The notes: generated from the sequence alone by a model not told the origin. Numbered from the stretch's first letter, positions 31,996 through 43,462 are shown. The stretch: 64,000 bases of DNA from Gammaproteobacteria bacterium (GCA_044445605.1 JBIOEA010000002.1:40060-104059); one strand, 5' to 3'. A program made the numbers and translations.

Positions 31996-33194
31996 GCGGA
32001 ATCTTTTTCCCTTGTGTTCGACAATAATTGCAATGTCGGTAAATGCAATAACTGATTGGTTAATGTATGCGCTAACTGCGCTAAAACTTCGTGCACGGGC
32101 TGGCCATGAGACACACTGCGGATCGCTTTCGCTAATGCAGCATCACGTAATTGTTCATGGTGTTGACGGTATGCCACGACCGTTGCAATATGAGGTTGTA
32201 ATGCATACCAATGGCTATACGCGGCTACTTCTTTTTCGATAATCGCCGTCGCATCTTTTACCGCTGATTGGCGCGTCTCCATGCCCACTTTCACCACTTC
32301 TTTGAGTGCATCCATATCGTATAAATACACATCATCTAAATGTTTAATCTCAGGCTCAATGTCCCTGGGCACCGCTAAATCAATCATGACCATCGGCTTA
32401 TGACGACGCGCTTTCATCACGCCCTCAACACAGCCTTTTCCGATGATAGGCACATCGCTGGCTGTCGCGCTCACCACCATATCGACTTCATTTAATCGGT
32501 CGCGCAATTGCCCCAATGCGATGGCTTGTGCGCCATAAGTGTCTGCCAACGCTTGCGCCTTCGATAATGTCCGATTCGCAAAAATCATCCGCGTGACCCC
32601 TTCCGCATGCAAATGCTTTGCGGCGACCGTCACCATCTCGCCAGTGCCGATCAACAATACAGCCTTTTGAGATAAATCAGCAAAAATCTGTTTCGCCAAT
32701 TTGACAGCAGCGGAGGCCACTGAAACGGATTGTGTGCCTATGGCCGTTTCTGTTCGAATGATTTTGGCGGCTTTAAACGTCATTTGAAAAAGGCGGGAAA
32801 GTAATTTGCCCGTGGTTTGGGCTTCTTGTGCTTTTGCATAAGCAAACTTCATCTGGCCTAAAATCTGAGGCTCGCCCAATACCATTGAATCTAAACCCGC
32901 TGCCACAGCCATTAAATGGTATACCGCTTCTTCTTGTTCATAGCGATCAACCCTCGGCGCCCATTCCAGGGCAGATAACCCCATCCAATCCATGAAAGCA
33001 CCCAGTACTTGCTCAGGAACGTCCGTGTCACAGATGATTTCCAGCCGATTACAGGTCGATACCAAGATGACTTCGTTCGCATAACCCTTCAAAACAAGTA
33101 GAGCTTCTGACAAACGCGCAGGGGATATGGCCACTTGCTCTCTTAAGCCAACCGGAACACGACTGTGATGGATGCCATAAACGAAAAGCGCCAT
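31992..33194 (-). CDS. hemA: Glutamyl-tRNA reductase
   Basis: …STCNRLEI… catalytic Cys region and NAD(P)-binding GTGEM; start of conserved hemA-prfA-prmC operon. Confidence 0.9.
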
Positions 33195-33326
33195 AATAAT
33201 TTACTTTATTTATCAATAGGTTAATAGATTGCTGCATTAAACAAGGCAAGCACGATGACATTTTACCTGATTTTCACTCAAGATAACACGGGATCGACAG
33301 ATACATAGTGTACACCCACTGAATAA

Positions 33327-35075
33327 ATGAGTGACACCATGCGATACCTAAAGACAATAAGCCTGAGCCTTGCAGTTTCGCTCGTCCTCCTAACCTCTTG
33401 CTCCAAGAATGAGCAACCACGGCCTATGCCCAATAATGCTAATATCGGCGAAACCGATGTTATCAACCAAGAAGCTGAGCAAAGCGCTACCTACCATTTC
33501 CTCGCTGGCGAAGTGGCACTTGATCGCAATGCCTACCAAGAAGCGTTAAACCAATACCTTTGGTTAGCCAAGAACATGCATGACCCTGTTTTTGCAGCGC
33601 GTGCGACCAGCATTGCTTTAGAATTACAAAACTATAAAGCTGCTGCTGAAACAGGCAAAATCTGGGCTGATAAAACGCCCCATGATCTTCAAACACAAGC
33701 GATTGCAGCAAGCCTAATGCTTAAAAATGGCTGTATCGATTGCGCAAAACCTTATTTAAGTGTATTGCTCGTCCCTTCCGATATGGAAACGATGCAACAT
33801 TTAACACAAGTACAATCTGCCTTAGACGATACAACGTCACGTCAGCATTTGATTTCTGCACTTGATCAAGTGGGACATGAAAAGAAAGACGCGCGTGCTT
33901 TATTTATCGAAGCCGATTTACAATATCAACTCGGTGAAAACACCAATGCGAATAAAACGATTGATACTATTTTAGCGATCAAGCCTGATTGGATCCGCGC
34001 TCAAACGTTACGCATCCAAATATTGTATGAAGGAGGCCAAAAGAAAGAAGCCTGGGCCTATTTAAATAGCATGTTGGAAAAAGATCCTAAAAACAGCGGA
34101 TTAAAATGGTTATCCGCCAAAATGGCGATTGAAATGGGTGACACAAACTTGGGAATGTCGTTGCTCAAGTCGATTACAAATGATCCTACCTATGGCAATG
34201 AAGCATTACTCGAACTGGCCAAACAATCCATTGAACAAAATCAACTCTCCTTGGCTCAACAATACCTCACTCAATACCAAGCTAAAAAACCTGACTCTGA
34301 CGAGGGTAATTTCTTGATGGGGTTCCTTCAACAAGAACAAGGAAAATTAGATGCAGCGCTTCAAACGTACAACCGCGTAAAAGGTGGCGCCTATTATCTG
34401 AATGCGCATATCCAAATGATTTTAATTCAAACGAAACAGGGTAATCCTACCCTGGCATTGCAAGGTGTTGATCATCTCGCAGAACAATTCCCTGAAGAGA
34501 TTGCTCGGATTGACTTAGTACGTGCACAAGTATTGCTTGACAGCAAACAATACAAAGAAGCTTATGATACGTTGAGTCAAATCATCAAGGGCAGTCCCAA
34601 TGATAATTTGGAATTGCATTATGTGCGCGGCCTAGTGGCTGTGGAACTGGGGAATAAAAAAGCCGCTGAAGATGACTTTAAATTCGTCGTCAGCAAAAAC
34701 CCCAAACATTTGCAAGCGATCAATGCACTTTCACAAACACTGATCGATGAGGGCGCATTGGATGAAGCACAAACTTACAGTGAACAAGCCCTCAATATGG
34801 CACCCACCAACCCTGATGTCCTTGATAACATGGGCTGGTTAACCTTGAAACGTGGTGACGTTGATGGCGCGATTCCTTACTTAGCCAAAGCATTCAAGAC
34901 AGGCCATAGCCCTGAATATGCTGCCCACTTAGGTGAAGCGTTATGGCAACGTGGCGATCAAACCGAAGCGATTAATATCTGGAATGCTGGGCTGCAAATG
35001 GATCCCAATAATCCTGCCTTGGTCAATGCCATGAAAGCACATTCGGTTTATCCAACCGCTATGGATAAACACTGA
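33327..35075 (+). CDS. TPR-repeat lipoprotein
   Basis: Lipobox LLTSC after signal peptide; multiple 34-aa TPR-like repeats (…AYQEALNQYLWLAKN…, …GDVDGAIPYLAKAF…). Confidence 0.7.
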   Translation: MSDTMRYLKTISLSLAVSLVLLTSCSKNEQPRPMPNNANIGETDVINQEAEQSATYHFLAGEVALDRNAYQEALNQYLWLAKNMHDPVFAARATSIALELQNYKAAAETGKIWADKTPHDLQTQAIAASLMLKNGCIDCAKPYLSVLLVPSDMETMQHLTQVQSALDDTTSRQHLISALDQVGHEKKDARALFIEADLQYQLGENTNANKTIDTILAIKPDWIRAQTLRIQILYEGGQKKEAWAYLNSMLEKDPKNSGLKWLSAKMAIEMGDTNLGMSLLKSITNDPTYGNEALLELAKQSIEQNQLSLAQQYLTQYQAKKPDSDEGNFLMGFLQQEQGKLDAALQTYNRVKGGAYYLNAHIQMILIQTKQGNPTLALQGVDHLAEQFPEEIARIDLVRAQVLLDSKQYKEAYDTLSQIIKGSPNDNLELHYVRGLVAVELGNKKAAEDDFKFVVSKNPKHLQAINALSQTLIDEGALDEAQTYSEQALNMAPTNPDVLDNMGWLTLKRGDVDGAIPYLAKAFKTGHSPEYAAHLGEALWQRGDQTEAINIWNAGLQMDPNNPALVNAMKAHSVYPTAMDKH

Positions 35076-35125
35076 TCCCGTGCTACACTGTGGAAAGTTC
35101 GTCCACAAGGTAAGGGATTTTTTAA

Positions 35126-35752
35126 ATGCTCAACGTTAAACATCTGATCATGGTTTGCTGTGTGGCGCTGCTGGCTGCCGGTTGTACCAACACTCGCTCT
35201 TCAGCCGACATGATGCCTGCGATGGACCGTGAACAAACGTTCGATCGCAATCAAGACAAAATCTCCAATTTAAAATCATGGCAATTCGATGGCCGTTTTT
35301 CCATACGTTCACCCCATGGCGTTGATAGCGCCAACCTGACCTGGCTCCAAGAAAGCGCTCGCTATTTGCTGAAGATTTCAGGTCCGCTGCAACAAGGTAC
35401 CGTGTTCATTCGTGGCGATGCAACGGGTATCTCTTATAAAGACTCGAAAGGTGTGACCGATAAAGCCGGCTCTCCAGAAGAACTCCTGGCCCGCCACACC
35501 CAATATAACTTACCGATTTCCAGCCTACGTTACTGGGTATTAGGCCGTCCTGATCCAACCTATGCGTTCAATCTGAACATTGGGGCCAATGGCGATTTAC
35601 GTACATTAAGCCAAAATGGTTGGGAAATTCGTTATGACGCCTTTAAAACCACCGAACCTTACCGCTTGCCGACCAAGATTATCTTGAAGCATGAGTCCAT
35701 TGAGATTGTCATCAGTATTCATGATTGGAATCCTGATCTTGTTTCAGGTTAG
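35126..35752 (+). CDS. lolB: Outer-membrane lipoprotein LolB
   Basis: Lipobox LAAGC; ~200 aa; immediately upstream of ispE, the conserved lolB-ispE-prs arrangement. Confidence 0.8.
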   Translation: MLNVKHLIMVCCVALLAAGCTNTRSSADMMPAMDREQTFDRNQDKISNLKSWQFDGRFSIRSPHGVDSANLTWLQESARYLLKISGPLQQGTVFIRGDATGISYKDSKGVTDKAGSPEELLARHTQYNLPISSLRYWVLGRPDPTYAFNLNIGANGDLRTLSQNGWEIRYDAFKTTEPYRLPTKIILKHESIEIVISIHDWNPDLVSG

Positions 35753-35757
35753 TCCTT

Positions 35758-36612
35758 ATGAGCAGTGGTCGTATCGTTCTACACAGCCCCGCGAAGCTGA
35801 ATTTATTTCTGCATATCGTGGGGCGCCGTCCTGATGGATACCATCTCCTACAAACGGTTTTCCAACTGATCGATTATGGCGATACGTTGTCCTTTTCCTT
35901 ACGCCAAGACGATGCAGTCCATTTGACGGACAACACCCCAAGCATCCCCTCCTCCGATAATCTCATCATTAAAGCGGCCATGATGCTACGGGCGTTACAC
36001 CGCCATCTACCGGGCGTGGATATTCACCTTGATAAATGCATCCCCATGGGAGCGGGTATGGGTGGAGGCAGCTCCAATGCAGCCACAACCTTATTAGCCT
36101 TGAACCACCTGTGGGGGCTGGGGTTAAGCCAATCCGAGCTAATGAGATTAGGGCTCGCGCTGGGAGCAGATGTACCGGTGTTTGTGGCGGGTCATAGTGC
36201 TTTCGGGGAAGGTATCGGCGAAATACTGACACCGATCGACCTGCCAACGGTCTGGTATGCCATTGTCAAACCACCTGTCCATGCGGAGACTGCCAGCCTC
36301 TTTAAGAGTCCGGCCTTAAAACGAGATACCGCCTCGCTGACATTGGCCCAGTATCAAGCTGGAGCAGCGACTCACAATGATTTTCTGCCTGTGCTACTTT
36401 CCCTCTACCCAAGCCTGCAAGAAACGGTTACACTCATGTCGCATTTCGGCGAACCGAAATTGACGGGAACGGGCTCTGCATTCTTCATTGCATGCGAATC
36501 TCGTGAAAAAGCTGAAAAATGCATTGGACAAATGAATAAACAAGTGGTAGGATTTGTCGCGCAGGGCGTGAATGAGTCGCCTGTGCATAAAGCGCTGCAA
36601 AGCGTACGTTAG
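35758..36612 (+). CDS. ispE: 4-diphosphocytidyl-2-C-methyl-D-erythritol kinase
   Basis: GHMP kinase motifs (PMGAGMGGGSSNAA); 284 aa; synteny. Confidence 0.9.
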   Translation: MSSGRIVLHSPAKLNLFLHIVGRRPDGYHLLQTVFQLIDYGDTLSFSLRQDDAVHLTDNTPSIPSSDNLIIKAAMMLRALHRHLPGVDIHLDKCIPMGAGMGGGSSNAATTLLALNHLWGLGLSQSELMRLGLALGADVPVFVAGHSAFGEGIGEILTPIDLPTVWYAIVKPPVHAETASLFKSPALKRDTASLTLAQYQAGAATHNDFLPVLLSLYPSLQETVTLMSHFGEPKLTGTGSAFFIACESREKAEKCIGQMNKQVVGFVAQGVNESPVHKALQSVR

Positions 36613-36617
36613 TTTTT

Positions 36618-36692
36618 TGGGGTGTCGCCAAGCGGTAAGGCACGGGGTTTTGATCCCCGCATACCTAGGTTCGAATCCTAGCACCCCAGCCA
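36618..36692 (+). tRNA. tRNA-Gln (anticodon UUG)
   Basis: TGGGGTGTCGCCAAGCGGTAAGGCACGGGGTTTTGATCCCCGCATACCTAGGTTCGAATCCTAGCACCCCAGCCA. Cloverleaf with anticodon loop uuUUGau; near-identical to E. coli tRNA-Gln(UUG). Confidence 0.9.
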
Positions 36693-36724
36693 AATCACAA
36701 AATCTAAATTTCAGAGGTTAACCG

Positions 36725-37681
36725 GTGTCAAACGCAAATAATCTCATCATTTTTACCGGTAACGCCAATCCCTCATTGGCTCGTGGCATCTCACAACATT
36801 TAAAAGTGCCTCTTGGCAAAGCGACCGTAGGCCGTTTCAGCGATGGCGAAACACAAGTAGAAATCCTCGAAAACGTCCGCGGACAAGATGTCTTCATTAT
36901 TCAACCGACCAATGCCCCTGCCAATGAGTACCTGATGGAACTCGTTATCATGGCAGATGCGCTACGTCGGGCTTCAGCTCACAGCATCACAGCGGTTATC
37001 CCTTATTTCGGCTATGCTCGCCAAGACCGTCGGGTCCGTTCGGGCCGTGTGCCTATCACCGCGAAAGTGGTAGCCGACATGCTCGCTGCCGTTGGGATAT
37101 GCCGCGTGGTCACCGTCGACCTGCATGCTGAGCAAATTCAAGGCTTTTTTGATATGCCCGTGGATAACGTCTATGCCTCCCCTGTCCTATTGGCAGACTT
37201 GCATAGCCATCCTCAAGAGAATTTAGTGGTGGTTTCCCCGGACGTCGGGGGGGTTGTCAGGGCCCGAGCCATCGCCAAGCGTCTAAACGATGCTGACCTG
37301 GCCATTATCGATAAACGCCGGCCTCGCCCCAACGAGAGCCAGGTGATGAACATTATTGGTGACGTAAGCGGAAAATCCTGTATAATCGTCGACGACATTG
37401 TGGATACCGCTGGCACCCTGTGTACCGCCGCCGCTGTTTTGAAAGAAAAGGGCGCGACACGTGTATCTGCCTATTGCACCCATCCGGTGTTATCAGGTAA
37501 GGCCGTGGCCAACATCGAAGGTTCTGCCTTGGATGAACTGGTTGTCACCGATACCATCTTGTTGAAAAACGAGGCTTTGGGCTGCCCCAAGATTCGTCAA
37601 ATTAGCTTAATTGGGCTGTTGTCCGAAGCGATTCGACGGATTCATGAAGCAGAATCCTTAAGCAGTATGTTCCCAGAATAA
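36725..37681 (+). CDS. prs: Ribose-phosphate pyrophosphokinase (PRPP synthetase)
   Basis: High similarity across its length to E. coli Prs (…[13 protein letters not shown]…, …[19 protein letters not shown]…, …[12 protein letters not shown]…). Confidence 0.95.
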   Translation: MSNANNLIIFTGNANPSLARGISQHLKVPLGKATVGRFSDGETQVEILENVRGQDVFIIQPTNAPANEYLMELVIMADALRRASAHSITAVIPYFGYARQDRRVRSGRVPITAKVVADMLAAVGICRVVTVDLHAEQIQGFFDMPVDNVYASPVLLADLHSHPQENLVVVSPDVGGVVRARAIAKRLNDADLAIIDKRRPRPNESQVMNIIGDVSGKSCIIVDDIVDTAGTLCTAAAVLKEKGATRVSAYCTHPVLSGKAVANIEGSALDELVVTDTILLKNEALGCPKIRQISLIGLLSEAIRRIHEAESLSSMFPE

Positions 37682-37787
37682 CCCATTTTCCTTGGTCGCG
37701 AGGCGGGTTATTTTAATCGTACGGGCATTGTGTGCCCGTGTATACCGTAGGGGCAGATAATATTTGCCCGTATATTTGGAGTCAAAA

Positions 37788-38519
37788 ATGAGTCATAATC
37801 ATACCTATGAAATTGAAGCGCAAGTACGCGCAGACGCTGGGAGGGGTGCGAGCCGCCGCCTACGTCACGAAGGCAGAATCCCTGCAATCGTTTACGGTGC
37901 AGATGTTGCTGCCGTATCGTTAACCCTCGAGCACAAAGAAGTGATGAAGCACTTAGAACATGAAGGCTTCTACTCACACATTTTGGCGTTGAAAATCAAC
38001 GGCAAAAAAGAAGACGTCGTATTGAAAGATGTGCAACGCCATCCCTTCAAACCACGTGTATTACACATGGACTTCTTACGCGTTAAAGCGAACGAGCCCA
38101 TCTTGTTGCACGTACCATTACACTTCGTTGGCGAAACAGATTCACCTGCAGCTAAGAACGGCGGTGTATTTACCCACGTGATGATGAACGTTGAAGTGAA
38201 GTGCTTACCACGTGACTTGCCTGAGTTCATCGAAGTAAACGTATCTGGTTTGGAAATAGATAAAGCCATTCACTTGTCAGAATTGAAGCTGCCTAAAGGC
38301 GTGACGATTCCTGAACTTGATTTGGGTGAAGCACATGACCGCCCTGTCGTTTCTGCACATGAAGTCAGAGAAGCGAAGGAAGATCTGGAAGCCGAAGCAG
38401 CTGAAGAAGCATTGAAAGCCGCTGAACATGAAGCTTACCTGAAAGAACATCCTGAAGCAGCAGCGCCAGGAACAGCAGCACCAGCCGCTGAAGGTGAGAC
38501 GAAGGAAGAGGGTAAATAA
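37788..38519 (+). CDS. rplY: 50S ribosomal protein L25 / general stress protein Ctc (long form)
   Basis: N-terminal L25 fold (…EGRIPAIVYGADVAAVSLTLEHKEV…) plus acidic C-terminal extension; between prs and pth. The ORF track start 37764 is upstream of a more plausible ATG at 37788. Confidence 0.85.
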   Translation: MSHNHTYEIEAQVRADAGRGASRRLRHEGRIPAIVYGADVAAVSLTLEHKEVMKHLEHEGFYSHILALKINGKKEDVVLKDVQRHPFKPRVLHMDFLRVKANEPILLHVPLHFVGETDSPAAKNGGVFTHVMMNVEVKCLPRDLPEFIEVNVSGLEIDKAIHLSELKLPKGVTIPELDLGEAHDRPVVSAHEVREAKEDLEAEAAEEALKAAEHEAYLKEHPEAAAPGTAAPAAEGETKEEGK

Positions 38520-38534
38520 GGACACCAGCGATGC

Positions 38535-38632
38535 TTGTAGGGGCGAAACATTTTTCGCCCTTACAAAAATCCCCCGCCTCGGAATACTCGGCTGCCCCCT
38601 TTTCCCAAAGAGGGCCTAAGACATAGAAGGGC
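38535..38632. repeat. Composite REP-like intergenic repeat, copy 2 (between rplY and pth)
   Basis: TGTAGGGGCGAAACATTTTTCGCCCTTACA + AATCCCCCGCCTCGGAATACTCGGCTGCC + CCCCTTTTTCCCAAAGAGGG + CTAAGACATAGAAG, matching modules of copies 1 and 3. Confidence 0.8.
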
Positions 38633-38639
38633 AAAAGCT

Positions 38640-39200
38640 ATGCCAATCCAACTCATCGTTGGCCTTGCAAACCCCGGCCCTGACTATGCCCCCACGCGGC
38701 ATAACGCAGGCGCATGGTTTGTCGACACATTACTGGCTAACACTTCACTGAAGCCTGAATCCAAATTATTCTGCCAAATGGCAAGCATTTCCATTCACGG
38801 GCACCCTTGTCGCGTGATGATTCCGATGACTTACATGAATGAAAGCGGGAAAGCCGTTCAAGCTGTCGCGCAATTTTACAAAATCCCACCTGAAAATATA
38901 TTGGTTGTTCATGACGAACTGGATCTCCCCGTTGGCACGGCGCGTTTAAAAACGGGTGGCGGTCATGGCGGGCACAATGGGTTACGCCACATTATTCAAG
39001 CGTTAGGCCCTAGTTTTCATCGATTACGGATTGGCATTGGCCATCCTGGCGATGCAAAAGCCGTGGTTGATTACGTCTTAAAAAAACCCAGCAGTGATGA
39101 TAAGCGAGCGATCGATGATGCGATCATTCAAGCCTTACAAGCGATGCCTGACGTCATGGACGATCGCATGCAAGCTGCGATGAAAAAGTTACACACATGA
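38640..39200 (+). CDS. pth: Peptidyl-tRNA hydrolase
   Basis: …[20 protein letters not shown]…; 186 aa. Confidence 0.92.
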   Translation: MPIQLIVGLANPGPDYAPTRHNAGAWFVDTLLANTSLKPESKLFCQMASISIHGHPCRVMIPMTYMNESGKAVQAVAQFYKIPPENILVVHDELDLPVGTARLKTGGGHGGHNGLRHIIQALGPSFHRLRIGIGHPGDAKAVVDYVLKKPSSDDKRAIDDAIIQALQAMPDVMDDRMQAAMKKLHT

Positions 39201-40375
39201 ACCCTGACGTGATTATCATCGGCGCAGGCGCTGCCGGCTTGATGTGCGCGATTGAAGCAGGCAAGCGCGGGCGTCGTGTTTTAGTCCTCGACCATGCCAA
39301 TAAAATCGGCAAAAAAATATTGATGTCTGGTGGCGGGCGCTGCAATTTCACGAATCTTGACATTCATCCCGATCGTTACATTTCTCATAATCCCCATTTT
39401 TGCAAATCGGCATTGAGCCGCTACACACAGTGGGATTTTATTGAGCTGGTCAAAAAGCATCGTATCCCCTTCCATGAAAAAACACTCGGTCAATTATTTT
39501 GCGATGATAGCGCGAAAGACATTGTCAACATGTTACTGTCTGAAGCTAATGAAGCGCGTGTCACGATTCAACCACACACATCCATAGACAAAGTCATTCA
39601 ACAACTGGATAAAACATTCACGGTAGAAACCTCAAAGGGACATTATCATTGCGAATCGTTGGTGATTGCCACGGGCGGGCTTTCGATCCCTACGATGGGC
39701 GCAACCCCATTTGGTTATAAAATTGCGGAACAATTTGGCATGCATGTCTGGCCCACTCGCGCGGGTTTAGTGCCGGTGACATTACATGTACATGACAAAG
39801 AACGACTCGCGCCATTATCTGGCATCTCAACCGAAGCCCGTGTGTTTAATGAACGGATCAGTTTCCGTGAAGATATTTTATTAACGCACCGCGGACTCAG
39901 TGGCCCTTCTATCCTTCAAATTTCTTCTTATTGGGAACCGGGCGAAGAGATTCGCATTCAATTATTACCCGATATTGATTTGGCAGATTTATTCATCACG
40001 GCGAAAAAGAATCATCCCAAGCGCAGTTTAATGCATGTGCTGAGTGAACATTTACCCAAACGTCTGCTCGAAGTATTTGTAGATGAAGCGACATTAACAA
40101 CAACGATGGCGACGTTCACAGATGCTGCACTGGAAAAATTGGCTTTATTATTTCAAGACTGGACGATCAAACCCAATGCAACGGAAGGCTACAGGACTGC
40201 AGAAGTCACCTTAGGTGGGATCGATTGTGATGCGATTTCATCGAAAACGATGGAGGCGCAAGATGTTCCAGGGTTGTATTTTATCGGCGAAGTGTTAGAT
40301 GTATCAGGGTGGCTCGGCGGATATAATTTCCAATGGGCCTGGTCATCAGGTTGGGCTGCGGGGCAGGTTGTTTAG
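39197..40375 (+). CDS. HI0933/YhiN-family FAD-binding flavoprotein (aminoacetone-oxidase-like)
   Basis: N-terminal dinucleotide-binding [12 protein letters not shown] and [10 protein letters not shown] signature of the HI0933 family; 392 aa. Confidence 0.8.
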   Translation: MNPDVIIIGAGAAGLMCAIEAGKRGRRVLVLDHANKIGKKILMSGGGRCNFTNLDIHPDRYISHNPHFCKSALSRYTQWDFIELVKKHRIPFHEKTLGQLFCDDSAKDIVNMLLSEANEARVTIQPHTSIDKVIQQLDKTFTVETSKGHYHCESLVIATGGLSIPTMGATPFGYKIAEQFGMHVWPTRAGLVPVTLHVHDKERLAPLSGISTEARVFNERISFREDILLTHRGLSGPSILQISSYWEPGEEIRIQLLPDIDLADLFITAKKNHPKRSLMHVLSEHLPKRLLEVFVDEATLTTTMATFTDAALEKLALLFQDWTIKPNATEGYRTAEVTLGGIDCDAISSKTMEAQDVPGLYFIGEVLDVSGWLGGYNFQWAWSSGWAAGQVV

Positions 40376-40425
40376 CCTGTAATGAGATTATTCTTCACCT
40401 TCGCTATATAACCGCTCGGGGTCCC

Positions 40426-40552
40426 GGCATCTACGCGGGGAGGTCTTTATTTCACCATCGAACAAGCATCGGCTTGTCGTTCGCCCCAACAGCAGGGGCT
40501 CACTCGAGCAGATTTGTCGCGGTTCAATAAAGACCTCCCCGCGCAGATGCCA
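40426..40552. repeat. Structured element bounded by 26-bp inverted repeats (GGCATCTACGCGGGGAGGTCTTTATT / AATAAAGACCTCCCCGCGCAGATGCC, 1 mismatch) with nested internal hairpins. MITE-like or structured-RNA candidate
   Basis: Seen directly; ~75-nt interior itself contains the GAACAAGC/GCTTGTCGTTC and GCCCC/GGGGC hairpins. Confidence 0.6.
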
Positions 40553-40620
40553 CCCCTCACTCTTATGCGTGCGGCTTGAATAATGCTTATTTAATTTGTC
40601 ATAAAATATCCTAGCCTGAC

Positions 40621-40852
40621 TTTTAAATTCAAGTATTGTTCAAGCAAACGACAATGAAGCGAGTGTCGGTGCCAATGCGGGGTTGTTCTTATCGTGCCGG
40701 GACATATCTTGTCTGGCGAGCCTCCGATGCTGGAGCTTGCCCATGAGTTCCGCGTGAGCCCAACCACAATGCCAGCTACCTAATGGCATCGATAAGAATG
40801 ACACCGTGTTGGCAAACCAGACACGAGCGTTAAATAGAGTGCAGCGCAGAAC
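40621..40852. repeat. Left copy of a degenerate inverted repeat flanking the hydrolase island; split by a ~150-bp insertion relative to the right copy
   Basis: Reverse complement of 40801-40852 (GATTGTTCTGCGCTGCACTCTATTTAACGCTCG) and of 40621-40650 (GTTTGCTTGAACAATACTTGAATTTAAAAG) match contiguous sequence at 45911-45975. Confidence 0.5.
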
Positions 40853-40926
40853 AATCGCAAACCGCAGGAAAATTCAGATTGCCACGCTGCGTTGGAAAGC
40901 ACTGTCAAGCCTTACCTGGCCAAAAT

Positions 40927-42255
40927 TCATTTCTTCTCTTTCTTCTCACAAGGCTTAACTGCCGTTGTTCTATCAAAATGAATAATACTGTCAAACTGAT
41001 AAGGAAGTTGCGTATAGAAATAGTGACTATCCCTCTCAGTGCCGGGTGAATAAATCACACCAATGGCACGTTGCAGTCTTGGAATTTTCAATAAATGTTC
41101 GAGATTTTTATTTCCACGAAGTTCCAGTAAAAAGTTGTCATAAGGAATGTCATGAAATAATTTTTCATAACTCCCTGCTAAACCAGGTTTAATGTTTCGC
41201 ACCATACCAGGCATGTCCCAAGAAGTGGCGGCAGTCACGGTACCATCATAAGTGGAAAAACCAATCGAATAAACCTCTTCATCATGTCTTTCTCGAACAA
41301 GTTGTCCAATATTGAATTCGCCGCGGAACCCCATTTCTGTGGCTCTTGCATCGCCCACATGAGAATTGTGTGCCCAAATAATTATTTTGGCGGGTTTATT
41401 TAAACGTTTTTCAAGATGGTCTAAAATAGACTCCACGGTTTCAGCCATGTGTTTATCGCGATTATTCCACGATAAAACATGCCCATCAAACATAGAACGA
41501 TAATAATTTTCCGCATTTTTTACTATCTTTGCGTTTTGCAAGGCAAAGAAATATTCTTCTTCTGCTAACAGCCCATCTTTTTTTATATACTTTAAAGCAT
41601 CCTTTTGCAACTCCATGATTTCCATCACTGCTTCTTTAATACAGGGTTTCTTCAACCCTTCCGACGTCAGGAAACCGTATTCTTGAGCATCATCCAACAT
41701 ATGATCAAAACAGCCATACCGTTTTATTGCGCGCTCTGCTGCAGCTGGATCTGCTTTCACCAGATAATCAATCACAGCTTTCATCGAAGCATAAAAACTA
41801 TATAAATCTAATCCATAAAATCCAACTTTATTTTTCTGATCACATTTATCGTTGAAACAACGCATCCATTTCAACAAGTCTGGCATTGTTTTATTGCACC
41901 ACATCCATGTTGGAAATCGTTTAAACGCAGATAATGCTTCCTCAGCATTATTAACATCGCCAATACCTTGCACATACCGATGGAGTGAATAGACATCCGG
42001 CCAATCGCCCTCAATCGCAATAGCCATAAACCCCTTTTCTTCAATAAGTCTTTTCGATATATCAATGCGAGCTTGATAAAACTCTTCCGTCCCATGTGTC
42101 GCTTCACCCATCAATACAATGCGTGAGTCTCCAATTTTTTCTATCAAAGAGGAATATTTGTCTGCATTTTCTAATAGTGGTTCAGATTCTCCAGCAATAA
42201 CGCTGACAAGATGGTCATAGGCTGATTTCAACTCTTTATTCATTTTAAAATGCAC
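40927..42255 (-). CDS. Erythromycin-esterase-family (Ere/Bcr136-like) protein
   Basis: 442 aa; N-terminal …VLMGEATHGTEEF… motif of the erythromycin esterase family (PF05139-like); no signal peptide. Confidence 0.65.
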   Translation of the reverse strand: MHFKMNKELKSAYDHLVSVIAGESEPLLENADKYSSLIEKIGDSRIVLMGEATHGTEEFYQARIDISKRLIEEKGFMAIAIEGDWPDVYSLHRYVQGIGDVNNAEEALSAFKRFPTWMWCNKTMPDLLKWMRCFNDKCDQKNKVGFYGLDLYSFYASMKAVIDYLVKADPAAAERAIKRYGCFDHMLDDAQEYGFLTSEGLKKPCIKEAVMEIMELQKDALKYIKKDGLLAEEEYFFALQNAKIVKNAENYYRSMFDGHVLSWNNRDKHMAETVESILDHLEKRLNKPAKIIIWAHNSHVGDARATEMGFRGEFNIGQLVRERHDEEVYSIGFSTYDGTVTAATSWDMPGMVRNIKPGLAGSYEKLFHDIPYDNFLLELRGNKNLEHLLKIPRLQRAIGVIYSPGTERDSHYFYTQLPYQFDSIIHFDRTTAVKPCEKKEKK

Positions 42256-42335
42256 CCTGGTAGATTAACTGATTTCCTATGCTAACATTATAGAGTTAAT
42301 TTTGAAAAACAGTTAATCGACAAGGGGATTTAGAT

Positions 42336-43439
42336 ATGAGAGATTATACGCTGACTGCCATTGGCACGATAATCCTTTCATTGATGGGTATCTCCAGTTC
42401 TTTGGCTTGTACTGATTTTCGGCTCACGGCTCAAGACGGAACCGTTCTGATCACACGCACGATGGAACATTCTGATTTGCATTCTAACCTTCGAAGCTCC
42501 ACTCGCGGCAGAATTTTTCAAACGACGGCGCCAGACGGCAAACCTGGATTAACGTGGAAAGCAACATATGGTTATGTATTTATGGATGGTTTGAATGTAG
42601 ACGCATCCCTCGATGGAATGAATGAAGCAGGCCTCTCATTTGAGGCACTCTACCTCCCTGACTATGCGCAATATCAAGAAGTTCCTTCAGGTCATGACGA
42701 TGAAGCACTTCCATACTTATACATAGGTGATTGGATCCTCAGCAACTTTAAAACGGTTGATGAGGTAAAAGAAGCACTCAATCATATATTCCTTTATGGG
42801 AATAAAATACCCGGCATGGGCGATATGATTTACCCCCTGCATTATGCAGTATATGATGCTTCTGGGAAAGGTCTCGTGATTGAATATGTTAATGGCAAGT
42901 TAAATCTTCATGACAACGCTATTGGCGTACTGACCAATTCTCCGCCTTACGATTGGCATCTTACCAATCTGAAAAATTATATTCACCTTCGCCCCGTTAA
43001 TCCTACACCGGTGCAAGCAAGCGGTATTACCTTTGCTGCAGCAGGCGTTGGTTATGGCATGGTCGGTTTACCTGGAGATATTAGCCCTCCTTCGCGTTTT
43101 GTTAAAATGGCGGTGCTGAAAGATGTAGCATTACCCGCAAAAAATTCTGATGAGGTACTCACGCTTGCCCAACATATCATTAATAACGTGGATATCCCGT
43201 TAGGGCTGGTTCGCATCCCCGAAAACAATACATTTACCACGGAGACAACAGAATGGACTGTCTTCAAAGATTTAACGCACAAAGTGCTTTATTACCGTAG
43301 CTATGAGGATTTCACAATACATGCAGTGAATCTTTCTCAGGTTGATTTTTCAGAAAAAGCACAGCGCTTGAAAATGCCCATGGCGAGTAAAGCACATATT
43401 GAAGACGTGACAAATCAATTTTTGAAATCTATTCCGTGA
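42336..43439 (+). CDS. Choloylglycine-hydrolase-family Ntn hydrolase (penicillin V acylase / bile-salt hydrolase-like), secreted
   Basis: Signal peptide ending …SSLA|CTDFRL, placing Cys at the mature N-terminus as in the CBAH family; 367 aa. Confidence 0.7.
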   Translation: MRDYTLTAIGTIILSLMGISSSLACTDFRLTAQDGTVLITRTMEHSDLHSNLRSSTRGRIFQTTAPDGKPGLTWKATYGYVFMDGLNVDASLDGMNEAGLSFEALYLPDYAQYQEVPSGHDDEALPYLYIGDWILSNFKTVDEVKEALNHIFLYGNKIPGMGDMIYPLHYAVYDASGKGLVIEYVNGKLNLHDNAIGVLTNSPPYDWHLTNLKNYIHLRPVNPTPVQASGITFAAAGVGYGMVGLPGDISPPSRFVKMAVLKDVALPAKNSDEVLTLAQHIINNVDIPLGLVRIPENNTFTTETTEWTVFKDLTHKVLYYRSYEDFTIHAVNLSQVDFSEKAQRLKMPMASKAHIEDVTNQFLKSIP

Positions 43440-43462
43440 CTCGGGGGATCTGAAAAAATGAT

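Noticed and set aside
40333-40530. 65-aa plus-strand ORF
   Set aside because: Overlaps the 3' end of the flavoprotein gene and the inverted-repeat hairpin element. Its composition is driven by the palindrome. No RBS.
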